Assembly: GCA_964016885.1 (NCBI GenBank)
Contig: OZ024759.1
Coordinates: forward strand, 27,652,001 to 27,716,000
Direction of reading: 5' to 3'
Length of the DNA: 64,000 bases
Source: Eledone cirrhosa
Lineage: Eukaryota
A program made the position numbers and the translations under genes. Shown piece by piece: positions 1-12,872 of the stretch. The stretch's first letter is position 1. Each line of letters begins with the position of its first letter. The notes beneath the pieces were generated by a model. It saw nothing but the letters and a program-made list of their open reading frames with translations. It searched no databases and was not told the origin of the DNA.

Positions 1-45
1 CACAAAGGGGTTAAAATGTGTTTGCTTTTGATTTATCCCTCACAG

Positions 46-214
46 GGGAGATGACATATGTACTAATTATGGCTACAATGTTGAATACCTGGGTGTCGGG
101 GTGACTGATATTGTACCTGATGTAGGGTTCTGCAGTCAGATTGCTGTTTTCAAACGAGAAGAAAGCTTCTTATGCACATCAAGTGTTGATCTTCAGCAAG
201 AAGTTTATAAATAT
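46..214 (+). CDS. HENMT1: HENMT1/Hen1 small RNA 2'-O-methyltransferase, internal coding exon (gene starts upstream of window)
   Basis: cacAG acceptor at 45, GTaagt donor at 215. Translation (W)GDDICTNYGYNVEYLGVGVTDIVPDVGFCSQIAVFKR..QEVYKY matches the end of the Hen1 MTase domain as recalled from human (W..VANRYDYSVEFTGVG...VGYCTQIGIFRK...VYK). Confidence 0.88.
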
Positions 215-967
215 GTAAGTATGCTACTGCTTTCATCATCATCATTATCATCATCATTTTAGGTCCGCTTTTCCCTGCTTACAAGGGTGGGACAAGTCCT
301 CTTCAGCACAGTATCTCTCCATTAGTCACTGTCCTTCATCATCTCCTCTGTGAGCTTCAGCGATCTGAGGTCAGCTCTCACCACCTCTGCCCATGTTTTC
401 CATGGTCTTCCTCTACTGTGACTTCCTTCCACTATCTAAATACTAAAAGTGGCTGGTAATAGGGTACAGCCATAGAAAGGTTACCAAAGAAAGGGTCAAG
501 AGGACCCTCAGTTGTGTCAAAGACATGACATCCTCCCTAGTGTTTGGTGATCTACACGGTAAACACACCCAATACATGCTGTAAAGTGGTTGGTGATAGG
601 AAGGGCATCCAGCTGTAGAAATCTTGCCCAACAAAGGGTTGGGAGGACTCTCAATTGTGTCAAAGACATGATAACCTTGTCTAAGCACTCGATGGAATAT
701 GAGACTGTACATAAACGAGATACAGATCCCTGGCTTGCTTGGGAGATCAGTGGCTCCGCTTCACGTTGGACTTGGTCTATATAGACCTGTCCAACCCTTG
801 CTAGCAGGGAAAGCGAATGTTAAAAAGATGATGTTGTTGTTGCTACTGCTGTTGTTGTTGTGTTGTTGTTTAACTGTGATGATAATGTTATTGATGATGG
901 TGGTGGCTGTGATGATAGTGATAGTGATGATGGTAATGATGGTTTCCGTGTTTTTTCATTCCTCAAG

Positions 968-1209
968 ATAACCAAGATAGATTTTCCCTATACAACGGAA
1001 GAAAGCAAGCAAACAATTCTATTGGAATCGGTGAAATACTATCTTCGGAAGTATGCCTGTGACTGGAACATCCTTGAACATCACTCTGAAGAACTCGATG
1101 GAAGGGAAACAGAAGATACAAGCGATAGCACCAGCGTGAAAGTTCCTCTCAGTGAATTGATGCTGTACAGCAGTGTATGGGAGAACTGCAAAGACAGGAG
1201 AGCATTAGG
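968..1209 (+). CDS. HENMT1: HENMT1 penultimate coding exon
   Basis: ttcctcaAG acceptor; phase 0 continues the previous exon (ITKIDFPYTTEESKQTILLESVKYYLR...); GTgagt donor at 1210, phase 2. Confidence 0.82.
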
Positions 1210-1589
1210 GTGAGTGTTTCGGTGGTGGTAGTGTTGGTGATAATGGTAGTATTGGTGTTGTTGGTGGTGGTGGTAGTAGTGATTGTGGTGGACAGGGAGC
1301 TTTTTTCATGGCACCAGCACTACCACATTGCAGCGTGTACTTGGTGCATTTAATCATGGCACCAGCACTACTACTTTACTAGTGTAAAGGTTGTATTTTA
1401 TCATAGGACCACCTATACCACTTTACAGAGTGTACTGAATGCATATTATTGTGGCACAAGCACTAGCACTTTACAGAATGTACTGGGTGCATATATTATT
1501 GTGACACCATTACTAACGTGTGTGTCTTACTATAAACTTATCGTTCACTTCCCTGACAGTATGTATTGTACATTATTCTATATAATAAT

Positions 1590-1997
1590 GAAATTATTGT
1601 GTACTGTGCTCAGGTGCACTACAACTCATCAAAGCTGCATGTATAGTACATAGAATAATGTATACATGTCAGGAAAATGAACAGTGTACGAGTCATGAAA
1701 TACATATGTGCAGGTGTATGGAGGAGCGACATCAAGTGTAGTGTTGGAAGCATGGAGGTTTTAAAGGATGCAGTGTCTCGACAGCTAACAACTGATGCAG
1801 GTAGTTTGTTCCATGCTTCAGCAACTCTGAACGTGAAAAAATGTTTCCGAAAGTCATGGGAGCTGTGCTGTTTTCTGACTTTGTAGGCATGCCCACGTGT
1901 GTTAGACACATGGAAATCAAAAAGGTGCTCAGGATTGTACAATACATACACCATTGATGAGTTGTAGTGCACCCGAGCACTGTACACAATAATTTTC
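1590..1997 (-). mobile_element. CR1-clade LINE 3' fragment (in HENMT1 intron)
   Basis: Translation NTRGHAYKVRKQHS..RKHFFTFRVAEAWNKLPASVV is the typical CR1 ORF2 C-terminus. Related copies at 10640-11725, 22260-22465, 31225-31380 and 61490-61730. Confidence 0.85.
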
Positions 1998-2050
1998 ATG
2001 ATGATAACATTATATAAAATGTTATGTAAAACTCCACGTGTCTATTGTAG

Positions 2051-2270
2051 AGATTTCCTGCTGTCCTCTGGATATATTCTGTCTCCTGATGGTGAAAGTG
2101 TTCTCGTTGAAAAGATAGAATTTGAAACAGACATCGACAATAACAGCAGTAGCTCAAATGGAAGTTTGGATGAAAATGATCAATTTGGTGATGCAGAAGA
2201 GGATTATTCCAGAGGTTTGCTAACTGGAGGTGAATACAAGGTCCCCTGCATTGAAGAACAATGGGATTAG
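2051..2270 (+). CDS. HENMT1: HENMT1 last coding exon, acidic tail ending EEQWD*
   Basis: tattgtAG acceptor at 2050; phase 2 matches (GG+A); reads DFLLSSGYILSPDG...IEEQWD, TAG at 2268-2270. Confidence 0.8.
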
Positions 2271-3084
2271 GGGTTGCTTATTTATGTTTGTTTTTTCTTT
2301 CTGTTTTTTTTTTTTGGGGGGGGGGGGGGTTGTTATTTTTACTACACCAAAATTAGTTTGCTTAATATGTCAGAGACTTTATTTCCAAATAAGGAGTGTT
2401 ATGTCAGAAAATTAAAACCATTGTTAAGTGGTCAGTATTGTCCTGTTACTTTCAGTGAAGTTATGGTGTTTGTAAAAGATGACCTGTTGCTGCTGGCCTG
2501 AGTTGGTTAAAAGTGTTGTAAAAAAATATAGTTGTAGCTCTGTGTATCACATGTCACTTCTGCATCACTTTCAGCTCACTCATCTGTTGGAAATAAGGAG
2601 TTAGGTACACTAAGTTACTAGTGCCCTCCTTTATTTATTTATTTATTTTTTTTGCCTCATCTATGTAACATTACAAAGTTCTGAGCTAAACACAACACTG
2701 TATTTATAAAATATTTATTTATATATTTATTTAATATTTTTATGGTGTCTTGCAAATTTTCGGTGCTGAATTCTGAATAAATTTTATCAATAAAATAAAA
2801 TAAGGAAAGCAAAGCAAAAAAAAAAAAATCTCTCTCTCTATATATATAACAAATAATAATAAATAAATAAATAAAAATATACACACACACAAGAGAAAAA
2901 AAACAAGGAAAACCTGTTGATATTTTAATTACAAATGAGAAAATATATTTTAATTTTTATGAGTATAACCATTTATTTATTTACCTACATATCAAAGAAT
3001 TCCTCTATCTTTTATCTATCTATATGTATGATTGATTGCCTTTAAATGTCTCTATGTGGCTCCATCTTTATAGTGGCATATTCT

Positions 3085-3560
3085 CACTCAGTAGAATGCT
3101 TTGTGGTATTTGTTCCGGCTTTCTGCTCTCTCTGAGTTCAAATCCCACTGAGGTCAACTTGCCTTTCATCCTTTCGAGGCTGATAAAAAAACAAATACCA
3201 GTCTAGTACTGAGGTTGATTCTTCCTCTATATCTCTTTCTCATGTTCTTTCTTTCAATTTCTATCCTTCTCTGGAAGAAATCTTTGTTCAGACTTGGAGA
3301 GGGAATGGACTCCACTAGGTTTTAAAAATGTCCAAAATATGCTGTATGACAATATGGCACCCCTACGACTCCCTCAGAATTTACGGGACCATACCATAGA
3401 TATCTTTCTCATTTCTATTCTCTCTCTGGAAGAAATCTGCTGTATTCAGACCTGGAGAGGAGATGGGCTCTGCCAGGCAAAAAATGAAAATGCCCAATAT
3501 ATGCCATATGCCACTCCTACAACTCCATCAGAAGTTACAGGAGCAAACCATACCCATACC
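3085..3560 (+). mobile_element. Second SINE family (GAGTTCAAAT..GAGGTCAACTTTGCCTTTCATCC core)
   Basis: Recurs at 8600-9035, 18220-18400 (-), 19880-20210 (-), 26760-26910 (-), 29130-29310, 44280-44800 and 49635-49790. Confidence 0.75.
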
Positions 3561-4874
3561 ATCACATCTTTCAATCATCTTGTAGATCTATATTTCTATA
3601 TCTAGACTAGCTTCATCCCATCCTCATATCTGACGGTCAGGGATCATGGACGTATGTCTCTTGCCATTGCCATACATTCCGTCAAACTCCTTCCTGTCCA
3701 TTCCTTCTATTCACACATATACACACGTCCTTCTCAACCCTTCCTCATATCTGAGTGTTGTCAAGGGTCATGGAGTTATGGACCAGCACTCTCCATCTCC
3801 TTTGTCTACCGTACCCCTGAACCTTTTCCCTTGTATTTCTATATCAGTCAGTTGTTTTTATTGTTAAACCTATAGTGGTGGAGGTCTATGTCCTAGTAGT
3901 TCCTCTCAAACTGGAGGTTTGGACCAAACCAGACCCAGAACTTCTCTATATTTACTTGTTTCTTTTTAATCCACTTACCCATCCATCTGCTCACCACTCC
4001 ACCTAGCTGTACAACTCATCTGCCTGTCTTTTTGTCTGTCTATCTATCTATATTTCTATTTATGTATTTGTCTGTCTATCTGTCATTCTTTTGGGTCATG
4101 CATCCATCTCTATCTTGTCTTCACCACCACCTCTACCACTACTGCCACCTCCGCCACTACCACCTGTCACCACTACCACCTGTCACCACCACCTCTGCCA
4201 CTACCACTTAAAACATCAACTGCATCACGACTACCACTACTCCCTCCCACCTCTGCAACCACTTCTCCCTCCCACCTCTGCAACCACTTAAAACATCACC
4301 ACCACCACCACCACATGTAAAAAGCTGTTATTTAATCATCTGTTTATGAAAAATAAAACCTTATGCCGTAAACTCAGAATGGCTTAGTCCTTGACATGAA
4401 AATTAACATAATTCAATTTTAATTACAAATGACGGGGAGGGGAAGGTGGGGACAGAAATAAGCAATTTATTTTTTAAAAAAAAATTTTTTTTAATTTTAA
4501 AATCCGAATTGACAAAATCCCAGACCTTATTCTCTTATGGGGTGAAGTAGAATTCCTCAGATCGGACCAAAGAAACAATGTTTTCATTGGTCTTTCCAAT
4601 TACTGATACTCTCTACAGGTCACAACCCCTGGCAGAATATATATAAGAAAAGGAGGTTTTTTTTAAACGAAAAAAAACAGATGTCCTACACAAGTGAAAG
4701 TATAAGTAAAACAAATCGAAAAGGCAACTGGAGTCTTTTTAAGAATATTTATTTATTTCCACAAATAAATATTCTTAAAAAGACTCCAGTTGCATTTTTG
4801 ATTTCTTTTCCTTATATATATATCTTCATGAATGGACTTGTTATTTTTTTCTGATTCCACCCTGCCTGTCCCTT

Positions 4875-5712
4875 CATCATCATCATCTTCTTCGTTTAAC
4901 GTCCATTTTCCACGCTAGCATGGGTTAAACGGGAGTTGTCCCACTTGAGGCAAGGTTGGTCGGGTGACCGTGTCTCGCTCATATAGGACTATCTGGCAGG
5001 TTTTCTATGGCTGGATGCCCTTCCTAACACCAACCACATTTACAGTGTAACTGGGAACTTTTTACTGTGTTACCTACACGGCCACATTACAGCGTGGACT
5101 GTGTGTGTTTTTTTTTTCGTGACACCTACACAATCTCATTTATTTGGACTGGATGTGGTACCAACTTTATAGAGAGAGGTTGGTGGGAGTGGGAGGATAG
5201 TGTAGGGGTAGTATATTTGGTTAAGAGGTGCCTACTGACTGTAGGTTTCGCTTTGTACATAGGCAAGGCGGGTCTTCTGTATTACTGCGTAGCGCTAAAG
5301 ATGTCGGTCCAGTGACATTGTCTTAGAGAGGTGCAAGTGTGTAAGGTTGGAATTTATCAGATTGTCCCAGGTTTTTCTGGGTCTACCTACTCCGTAACTA
5401 CCATCAATTTTGATCGCCCTGCACTTTTTTATACAACTGTCGTCTTTCATGCGCATCACGTGTCCATACCAACGTAGTCTTCTTTCAAGTAAACAGCATC
5501 TGATCCCTCTTATTCCTAATTTCTCACTTAGTTCATTTATGCTTTGCCGTTCACGTATATTACTATTACACATCCAATGGAGCATGCATGCTTCGTTCCT
5601 TTCCAGTCTACGCAGGTCCTCTGCACGTAATGCCCATGTCTCACTGCCATGTAGCATTGCTGTTTGTATACAAGCATCATACAATCTGCCTTTCATTTTT
5701 AGAGAGAAACCT
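4875..5712 (-). mobile_element. RTE-clade LINE 3' fragment with (GAT)n tail
   Basis: KGRLYDACIQTAMLHGSETW...RLRWYGHVMRM...GRPRKTW is the RTE ORF2 C-terminus. Similar copies at 16310-16945 (+) and 39890-40445 (-). Confidence 0.88.
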
Positions 5713-7882
5713 TTTTTCTATCATCTGATGAAGGACTAGCGTCCGAAATGTTAAGACCCTCTTCCTGCTATTTCAAGCATTAAACTAATATATTCCTTCC
5801 ATGTACTGTACTGATTGTGTTGTTATTTCTGTTTACCTTTTACATATATATATTATCATCATCATCGTTTAACATCCATTTTCTACGCTAGCATGGGTTA
5901 GACAGGTTGTCCCATTAGAGGCAAGTTGGGTCAGGTGACTGAACATACTTATTTTTTATATTAATCTGGCCAGAATTCTCTCACCTCTTTCTGTTCAAAC
6001 CAGCCGTAACTAGCTGCTCATACTGATGTTAAGGTATTGTTCCCAAAATGAATAATATCAAAATTTTATAGATTTGACATTATGCGAGATACAGCATTTA
6101 CTGTGAAAATATAATAGTAAATATAGAGTAATGTAAATGCTAAAGGGTTAATGATAAAGAATAAATAATATATATATTATGATATATACAATAAAAGCAC
6201 CTAGTACATGATGTAAAGTGGTTGGTGTTAGGAAGAGCATCCAGCTGAAGAAAGCTTGCCAAACAAGGAGATGGAAGGAGCCTTCAGTTTGTGTCAAAAG
6301 ATATGATGACTTCTCCACTACACTCGATATGATATGATCATACTTATGCAGATCCTGAGAGGTCAGTAACCCTGTTTCAGTACTGACTTGGTCTATGTAG
6401 ATCCATCCAACCCTTGCTAGCAGGGAAAGCAGACGTTAAATGATGATTGGATCATTTTCAATGATTTTGTGTTAAAGAATAAAATCTAATGATAAAAAAT
6501 ATATATATATTTAAAAAATTAAGCTCCCCAGGGTGTGTGGCCCTAAGCTATAGCTTATAGGTAAGTCCAGCACTGGTCTAGGATGACACATGCTACAACA
6601 CACTCTCTCTGCTTCCAACCTTGTTGGTTTGTCCACAAACCCAGGCACTGTCACCAATGCTACAGAGAAAAGGAAGATAGCAATTAACTGGGTTGTCACT
6701 GAATGCTTCCTTTTTTTCATACCAGACACCATCCTACCCAAGGAATGAACCTTCTGAGGTGGATTGGCTGGAGTAGTGGGTGATGCTGGACCAAGTACTT
6801 GCCATGGAGACCTCTTGTGTCCTTGGTCCCCAATCTGCTGTTTTCCTCCTCAAAATTAGATGGAGGGTATCCCCCTCAGGAAGGAACTTTGAGAGGTGGA
6901 TTGGCTGATGTAGTGGGTGTTGTTGGACCAAGTACTTGCCTCTTGTGCTGGTTGCTACCACGACCTCTAATGCCCTTTGTCCCTGAACTGCCATTTTCCT
7001 TCTTCTTCAAAACTGACAGGAATGCACCCTGCTTGGAGAAGGAGCCTCTATGATGTGCATTAGCTGGTGCAGCTGTCTGTGGCAATACCTTTGCCATTTT
7101 GACTTCAGGGTGCAGCTAAGATATCCCACCTTGTCTGGGGTTTAGAGTCTGCCACTTCCTTCCTCCACATTCCCTTATTTTTTCTCTCTAAAATTCTCAC
7201 TTTTTCCTCTTCTTTTTTTCTCTCTAGAATTCCCTTTTCTCTTCTTCCTCTTTTTTTTTTCTTTATAAATCCCATATTTTGCTCTTTTTTCTCCCTCTAT
7301 AATTTCCATATTTTCCTCTTTTTTCTCTCTATAATTTCCATATTTTTCTCTTTTTTCTCTCTATAATTCCCATTTTTCATCTTCCTTCTTTTTCCCCCTC
7401 TAAAATTCCCTTTTCTCTTCTTCCCCTTCTTTTTCTCTCTATAATTCCCATATTTTCATCTTTTTCCCTCTCTAAAATTCCCTTTTCTCTTTGATTTCTC
7501 CTATAATTCCCTTATTTTCCTCATCCTCCTCTTCCAATCACTAATTAATTCCAATTTTGTCTCCTCCTCCTCCTTCGTTAATCTAAACAAACCTCCATAA
7601 CCATACACACTCACATATGTGTTTATATAAAGTGATTTTTAATTAAATTAATTTCATAATTTGTTTTTTCCTCAACATTCAAATTACATTTTATAAAATT
7701 TACCATTACAGAATTATTCTTATATTACTTTGAACTCTTTAACTAGTTTCAGTCATTGGACTTTGGCCATGCTGTAGCACTGCTATGTATGAACATTAAA
7801 ATATTACAATATATTCTAAATCATAAAAGATTTCGGAGATTACTTTTTGATTTTTTAAATTATTTTCTGAAAATATGCCCTA

Positions 7883-7887
7883 ATGTA

Positions 7888-7928
<41 letters not shown>

Positions 7929-7973
7929 GTCTATATATATGTGTATATATATATATATATATACATGTCTATA

Positions 7974-8012
<39 letters not shown>

Positions 8013-8019
8013 GTCTATA

Positions 8020-8058
<39 letters not shown>

Positions 8059-8343
8059 ATATAAATATGTATGTTTATATATATGTATGTATGTGTGTGT
8101 GCTTATATCTGTGTATGTGCATGTATATATCTGTGTATGTGCATGTATATATCTGTGTATGTGTGCATATATATATATGTATGTGTGCATATATATATAT
8201 GTATGTGTGCATATATATATGTATGTGTGCATATATATATATATGTGTGCATATATATATATATGTGTGTGTGTGCATATATATATAAGCGTGTCTGTGT
8301 GTCTGTATATATATATATAAATATGTATGTGTGCATATATATA

Positions 8344-8414
<71 letters not shown>

Positions 8415-8418
8415 ATAG
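7883..8418. repeat. Compound (TA)n/(TG)n microsatellite
   Basis: Direct inspection. Confidence 0.95.
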
Positions 8419-9000
8419 TCAACTTCAAATAATAAATATACTCGCTTGTACTTACACACAATTGCTACAATATGTTCCTATTCATAGATGTTTTTTTCTT
8501 TTCATTTTAAAATTTTACCTGGAATCTAGAAATGATATTAATTCTTGGAAATTACATGTGTATTTTCTTTTTCTATTTAAATATATGTATATGGATCACA
8601 GGCAGTAAATTGGCTGAGCTGTTAGAACATCAGATAGAATGCTTTGAAGTATTTGTTCTCTGAGTTCAAATTATGCCAAGGTCAACTTTGCCATTCATCC
8701 ATTCAAGGTCGATAAAAAAAAAATACCAGTCTAGTACTGGGGTCAATTCTTCCTCTATATCTCTTTCTCACTTCCTCTCTATCACTGTAGTTTACTGAGG
8801 TCAACTTTGCCATTCATCCATTTAAGGTCAATAAAAAAAGGGTACCAGTTAAGTACTGGGGTCAATTCTTCCTCTATATCTCTTTCTCACTTCCTTTCTC
8901 TCACTCACTCTGTCCTTCTCTGTATTCAGGCCTGGAGAGGAGATAGGCTTTGCCAGGTTTTAAAAATGTTCTAGAACGTCTGTATATCAATATGGCATCC

Positions 9001-9177
9001 CTATGACTTCCTCAGGAGTTGCGGGTCCATACTATATATACCATAGGGGTCAAGTTCCATATTAGTCTTTCTTAATTCACTGTACATGGTTTTCATCATT
9101 TTTTTTGTGAGCCTGTTTATGTCTTTAGCTGTTCTAGTAGCAATATCAATGGAAGCATTTAAATCTGGATTCCAGAG
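9001..9177 (-). CDS. AKNA: AKNA-family gene last coding exon
   Basis: Strong pyrimidine tract plus tttAG. LNASIDIATRTAKDINRLTKKMMKTMYSELRK matches the AKNA C-terminal helix (LNKALSRAVQAAESVRSTTRQMRSSLSADLRQ, recalled); TAG at 9003-9001. Confidence 0.8.
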   Translation of the reverse strand, partial: LWNPDLNASIDIATRTAKDINRLTKKMMKTMYSELRKTNMELDPYGIYSMDPQLLRKS

Positions 9178-10769
9178 CTAAACGAAGAAAGAAAAAAAAA
9201 AAATGAGCGGGAAATTAAAAAAATTAATATTTGGTCATATTTATTCAAATATTCAAACAAAATATTGTTACTTGTCAAACAAATCCTATATGTAATGCAA
9301 GTAGCTTAAATCTTAAACCAGTTGATTATAAACAGCTATTTAAAAAGAATAATAAATATATATCATCATCATTTTACGTCCGCTTTTCCCTGCTTGCAAG
9401 GGTGGGACGGGTCCTATTTAGCAAAGCATCTCGCCATTCGTCACGGTCCTTCATCATCTCCTCCGTGATCTTCAGCGATCTGAGGTCAGCTCTCACCACC
9501 TCCGCCCATGATTTTGTGGTTTTCCTCTACTGCATTTTCCTTCTACTGGGACTTCTTGGCTGTGAGTGGTTAGAGAATTGGATTCGCAATCGTCAGGTTA
9601 TGCATTCAATTCCTGGGCTGGATGATGTGTTATATCCTTGAGCAAGACACTTTATTTCATGGTGCTCCTTCTACCTGGAGTTGCGACCGATAGATAGTAT
9701 TAGCAATTGGGAAGACCAATGGAAACATTGTTTCCTCGGTCCGATTTGACGAAAGTCGATCGACTGTCGATATATATATATACATACACACACACACACA
9801 TAGACATATATATATACACATGCACACAGGGCTAGCGTCTGAAACGTTAAGACCCTCTTCCTGCTACTTCAAGCGTTAACCTAATATATTCCTTCCATAT
9901 ACTGTACCAGTTGTTTTGTTATTTCTGTTATGTCTTCATTACGTTTAAATTGGTTGTATCCAACCAGAATTCTCTCACCTCTTCCTGTTCAAACCGGCTG
10001 CTCATAATAATGTTAAGTTATTGTTCTCAAAATAAATAATATCAAAATCTTGTAGACTACCCATGACCTGTTGGGTCACATTCACTTTAAAATATTTTTT
10101 TAAAATAATTTTTCAATAATTAAAATGTACACAGACATGTATATAATGTGAAATGAAACTGGAAGGCCTATATATATATATGTGTGTATGTATATATATA
10201 GATGTGTGTGTATACATACATATATATATGTATGTGTGTGTATTTATATACGTGGGTGTCTGTGATCTATATGCACTGGTCATAAACACACACTCACATA
10301 TATATATAGACAACAACACCACTAGCTCTCTCTCTTCCATTCTCCTTCTCTGTCTCCTCTCCCTCTCTTTCAATCTACTCTCTCACAACCACTATCTCTT
10401 TCTCTCCATCCTTCTCTATCTCTGTTTATGAAGGTACCCAGAAAAACCCCATATCTCGGGAACCCGTGCACCGATTTACGCAAAACTTGTTTTATTCCAT
10501 TTGTATTCCCATTTCAGGGGCAACTTCCTTTCAAAGTATTTACCCATTATGCGCCCTTTTGGCTGTATTACATTACAGACAAGCAAGCAAGCAATCACAG
10601 AGTTTTAGTAATATATAGAGAGATAGATAGATACATAAACTTGGTAAACACCCACAAAATTATTAACCATCTTGCCAACAACAACCCTGAGCACCTTTCT
10701 GATTTCCATGTGTTTAACACACGTGGGCATGCCCACAAAGTCAGAAAACAGCACAGCTCCCATGGCTTT

Positions 10770-11545
10770 CAGTTGTTAGCTGTCGAGACACTGCATCCTT
10801 TAAAACCTCCATGAAACAAACTACCTGCATCAGTTGTTAGCTGTCGAGACACTGCATCCTTTAAAACCTCCATGAAACAAACTACCTGCATCAGTTGTTA
10901 GCTGTCGAGACACTGCATCCTTTAAAACCTCCATGGAACAAACTCCCTGCATCAGTTGTTAGCTGTCGAGACACTGCATCCTTTAAAACCTCCATGAAAC
11001 AAACTACCTGCATCAGTTGTTAGCTGTCGAGACACTGCATCCTTTAAAACCTCCATGGAACAAACTCCCTGCATCAGTTGTTAGCTGTCGAGACACTGCA
11101 TCCTTTAAAACCTCCATGAAACAAACTACCTGCATCAGTTGTTAGCTGTCGAGACACTGCATCCTTTAAAACCTCCATGGAACAAACTCCCTGCATCAGT
11201 TGTTAGCTGTCGAGACACTGCATCCTTTAAAACCTCCATGGAACAAACTCCCTGCATCAGTTGTTAGCTGTCGAGACACTGCATCCTTTAAAACCTCCAT
11301 GGAACAAACTCCCTGCATCAGTTGTTAGCTGTCGAGACACTGCATCCTTTAAAACCTCCATGAAACAAACTACCTGCATCAGTTGTTAGCTGTCGAGACA
11401 CTGCATCCTTTAAAACCTCCATGAAACAAACTACCTGCATCAGTTGTTAGCTGTCGAGACACTGCATCCTTTAAAACCTCCATGGAACAAACTCCCTGCA
11501 TCAGTTGTTAGCTGTCGCGACACTGCATCCTTTAAAACCTCCATC
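10770..11545. repeat. 61-bp minisatellite, about 13 copies, derived from the CR1 3' end
   Basis: Unit cagttgttagctgtcgagacactgcatcctttaaaacctccatg(a/g)aacaaact(a/c)cctgcat starts at 10770, 10831, 10892 ... 11502. Confidence 0.95.
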
Positions 11546-12405
11546 CTTCCTGAAATTCGCCAACACTGCACCTGATGTCCCCCCCCTCCACATACATGCA
11601 CACATATATTTCATGACACTGTTCATTTTCCTGACATTTGAACATTATTCTATCTACTATACATGCACCTTTGATGAGTTGTAGTGCACCTGAGCACTGT
11701 ACACAATAATTTCATTATTATTATTATAAAGCCGATAAAATAAAGTACCAGTAATGCACTGGGATAATTGCTGGCCTTGTGCCAAAAGTAGAAATTATTA
11801 TTATAAAGCCTTTACCATGAAAATATAACAGTATATATAGAGTAATGTAAATACTAAAGGGTTAAACAGTGATGATGATGATGATCATCATCATCATCAT
11901 GACAACAGGATTGCCATTTCATTTACTTTTATGAAAGATTGTTTAATGGGGAGAAGATAGAAGAGATGAAAGAAGACCAACACTAACTAGATCCTAGAGA
12001 GAGACAGAACAAAGTAGAGAGGGAAAGGGAGAGAGAGACAGAACAAAGTAGAGAGGGAGAGAGAGAAAAATCGAAGTAGAGAGGGAAAGATCGAAGTAGA
12101 GAGGGAAAGAACGAAGTAGAAAGGGAAAGGAAGAGAGAAAGAACGAAGTAGAGAAGGAAAGAAAAAAGAACGAAGTAGCGTGGGAAAGGAAGAGAGAAAG
12201 AACGAAGTAGAGAAGGAAAGAAAAAAGAACGAAGTAGCGTGGGAAAGGAAGAGAGAAAGAACGAAGTGGAAAGAAAGAGAGGAAGTCGAGAATTCTGAAA
12301 ATAGGTGAAAATTACCAGGAAAAGAAACTGGTTGATTTCTGAGAATACGTTGGTAGTAGAGGGAGAATATAGAGCTTGTGTGTGTGTGTGTGTCTATGTG
12401 TGTGT

Positions 12406-12442
<37 letters not shown>

Positions 12443-12694
12443 TATATATATATATATACATCACCGGGGGGTGGGGGGGCTGTATATATATATATATATA
12501 TATGTAGATAAATCTACCAAGAGTTTACGGTAGTGTCCAATCCGTATGAAGAACTCAATGTATTCCGGATATCATGGAAAGAAGAGATGTAATGAAAAAC
12601 CACTTTCGGTGAAAGATAAACGGTATACAGAGTCAAGATAAAATATTAAACAAATAATGAATAAACAATTCCTTATATTAAACAAAAAAAGTTC

Positions 12695-12837
12695 ATTATT
12701 TAACGATCGTTTCTAGGGTATATATGTGTTATAATTGGTATGCATATTCAACAGATCTATGTACAAAATTATACAAAATTATACAAATTATCAAGATTAA
12801 ATATACATACCAAACACATATATACGCCGTCTTCAGA

Positions 12838-12843
<6 letters not shown>
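12695..12843 (-). ncRNA. Hammerhead motif with greatly extended helix II, family 4
   Basis: attattt-CTGAAGA-cggcGTATATATGTGTT...AACACATATATACccta-GAAA-CGATCG-TT-aaataat; 7-bp helix I, palindromic helix III. Confidence 0.65.
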
Positions 12844-12872
<29 letters not shown>

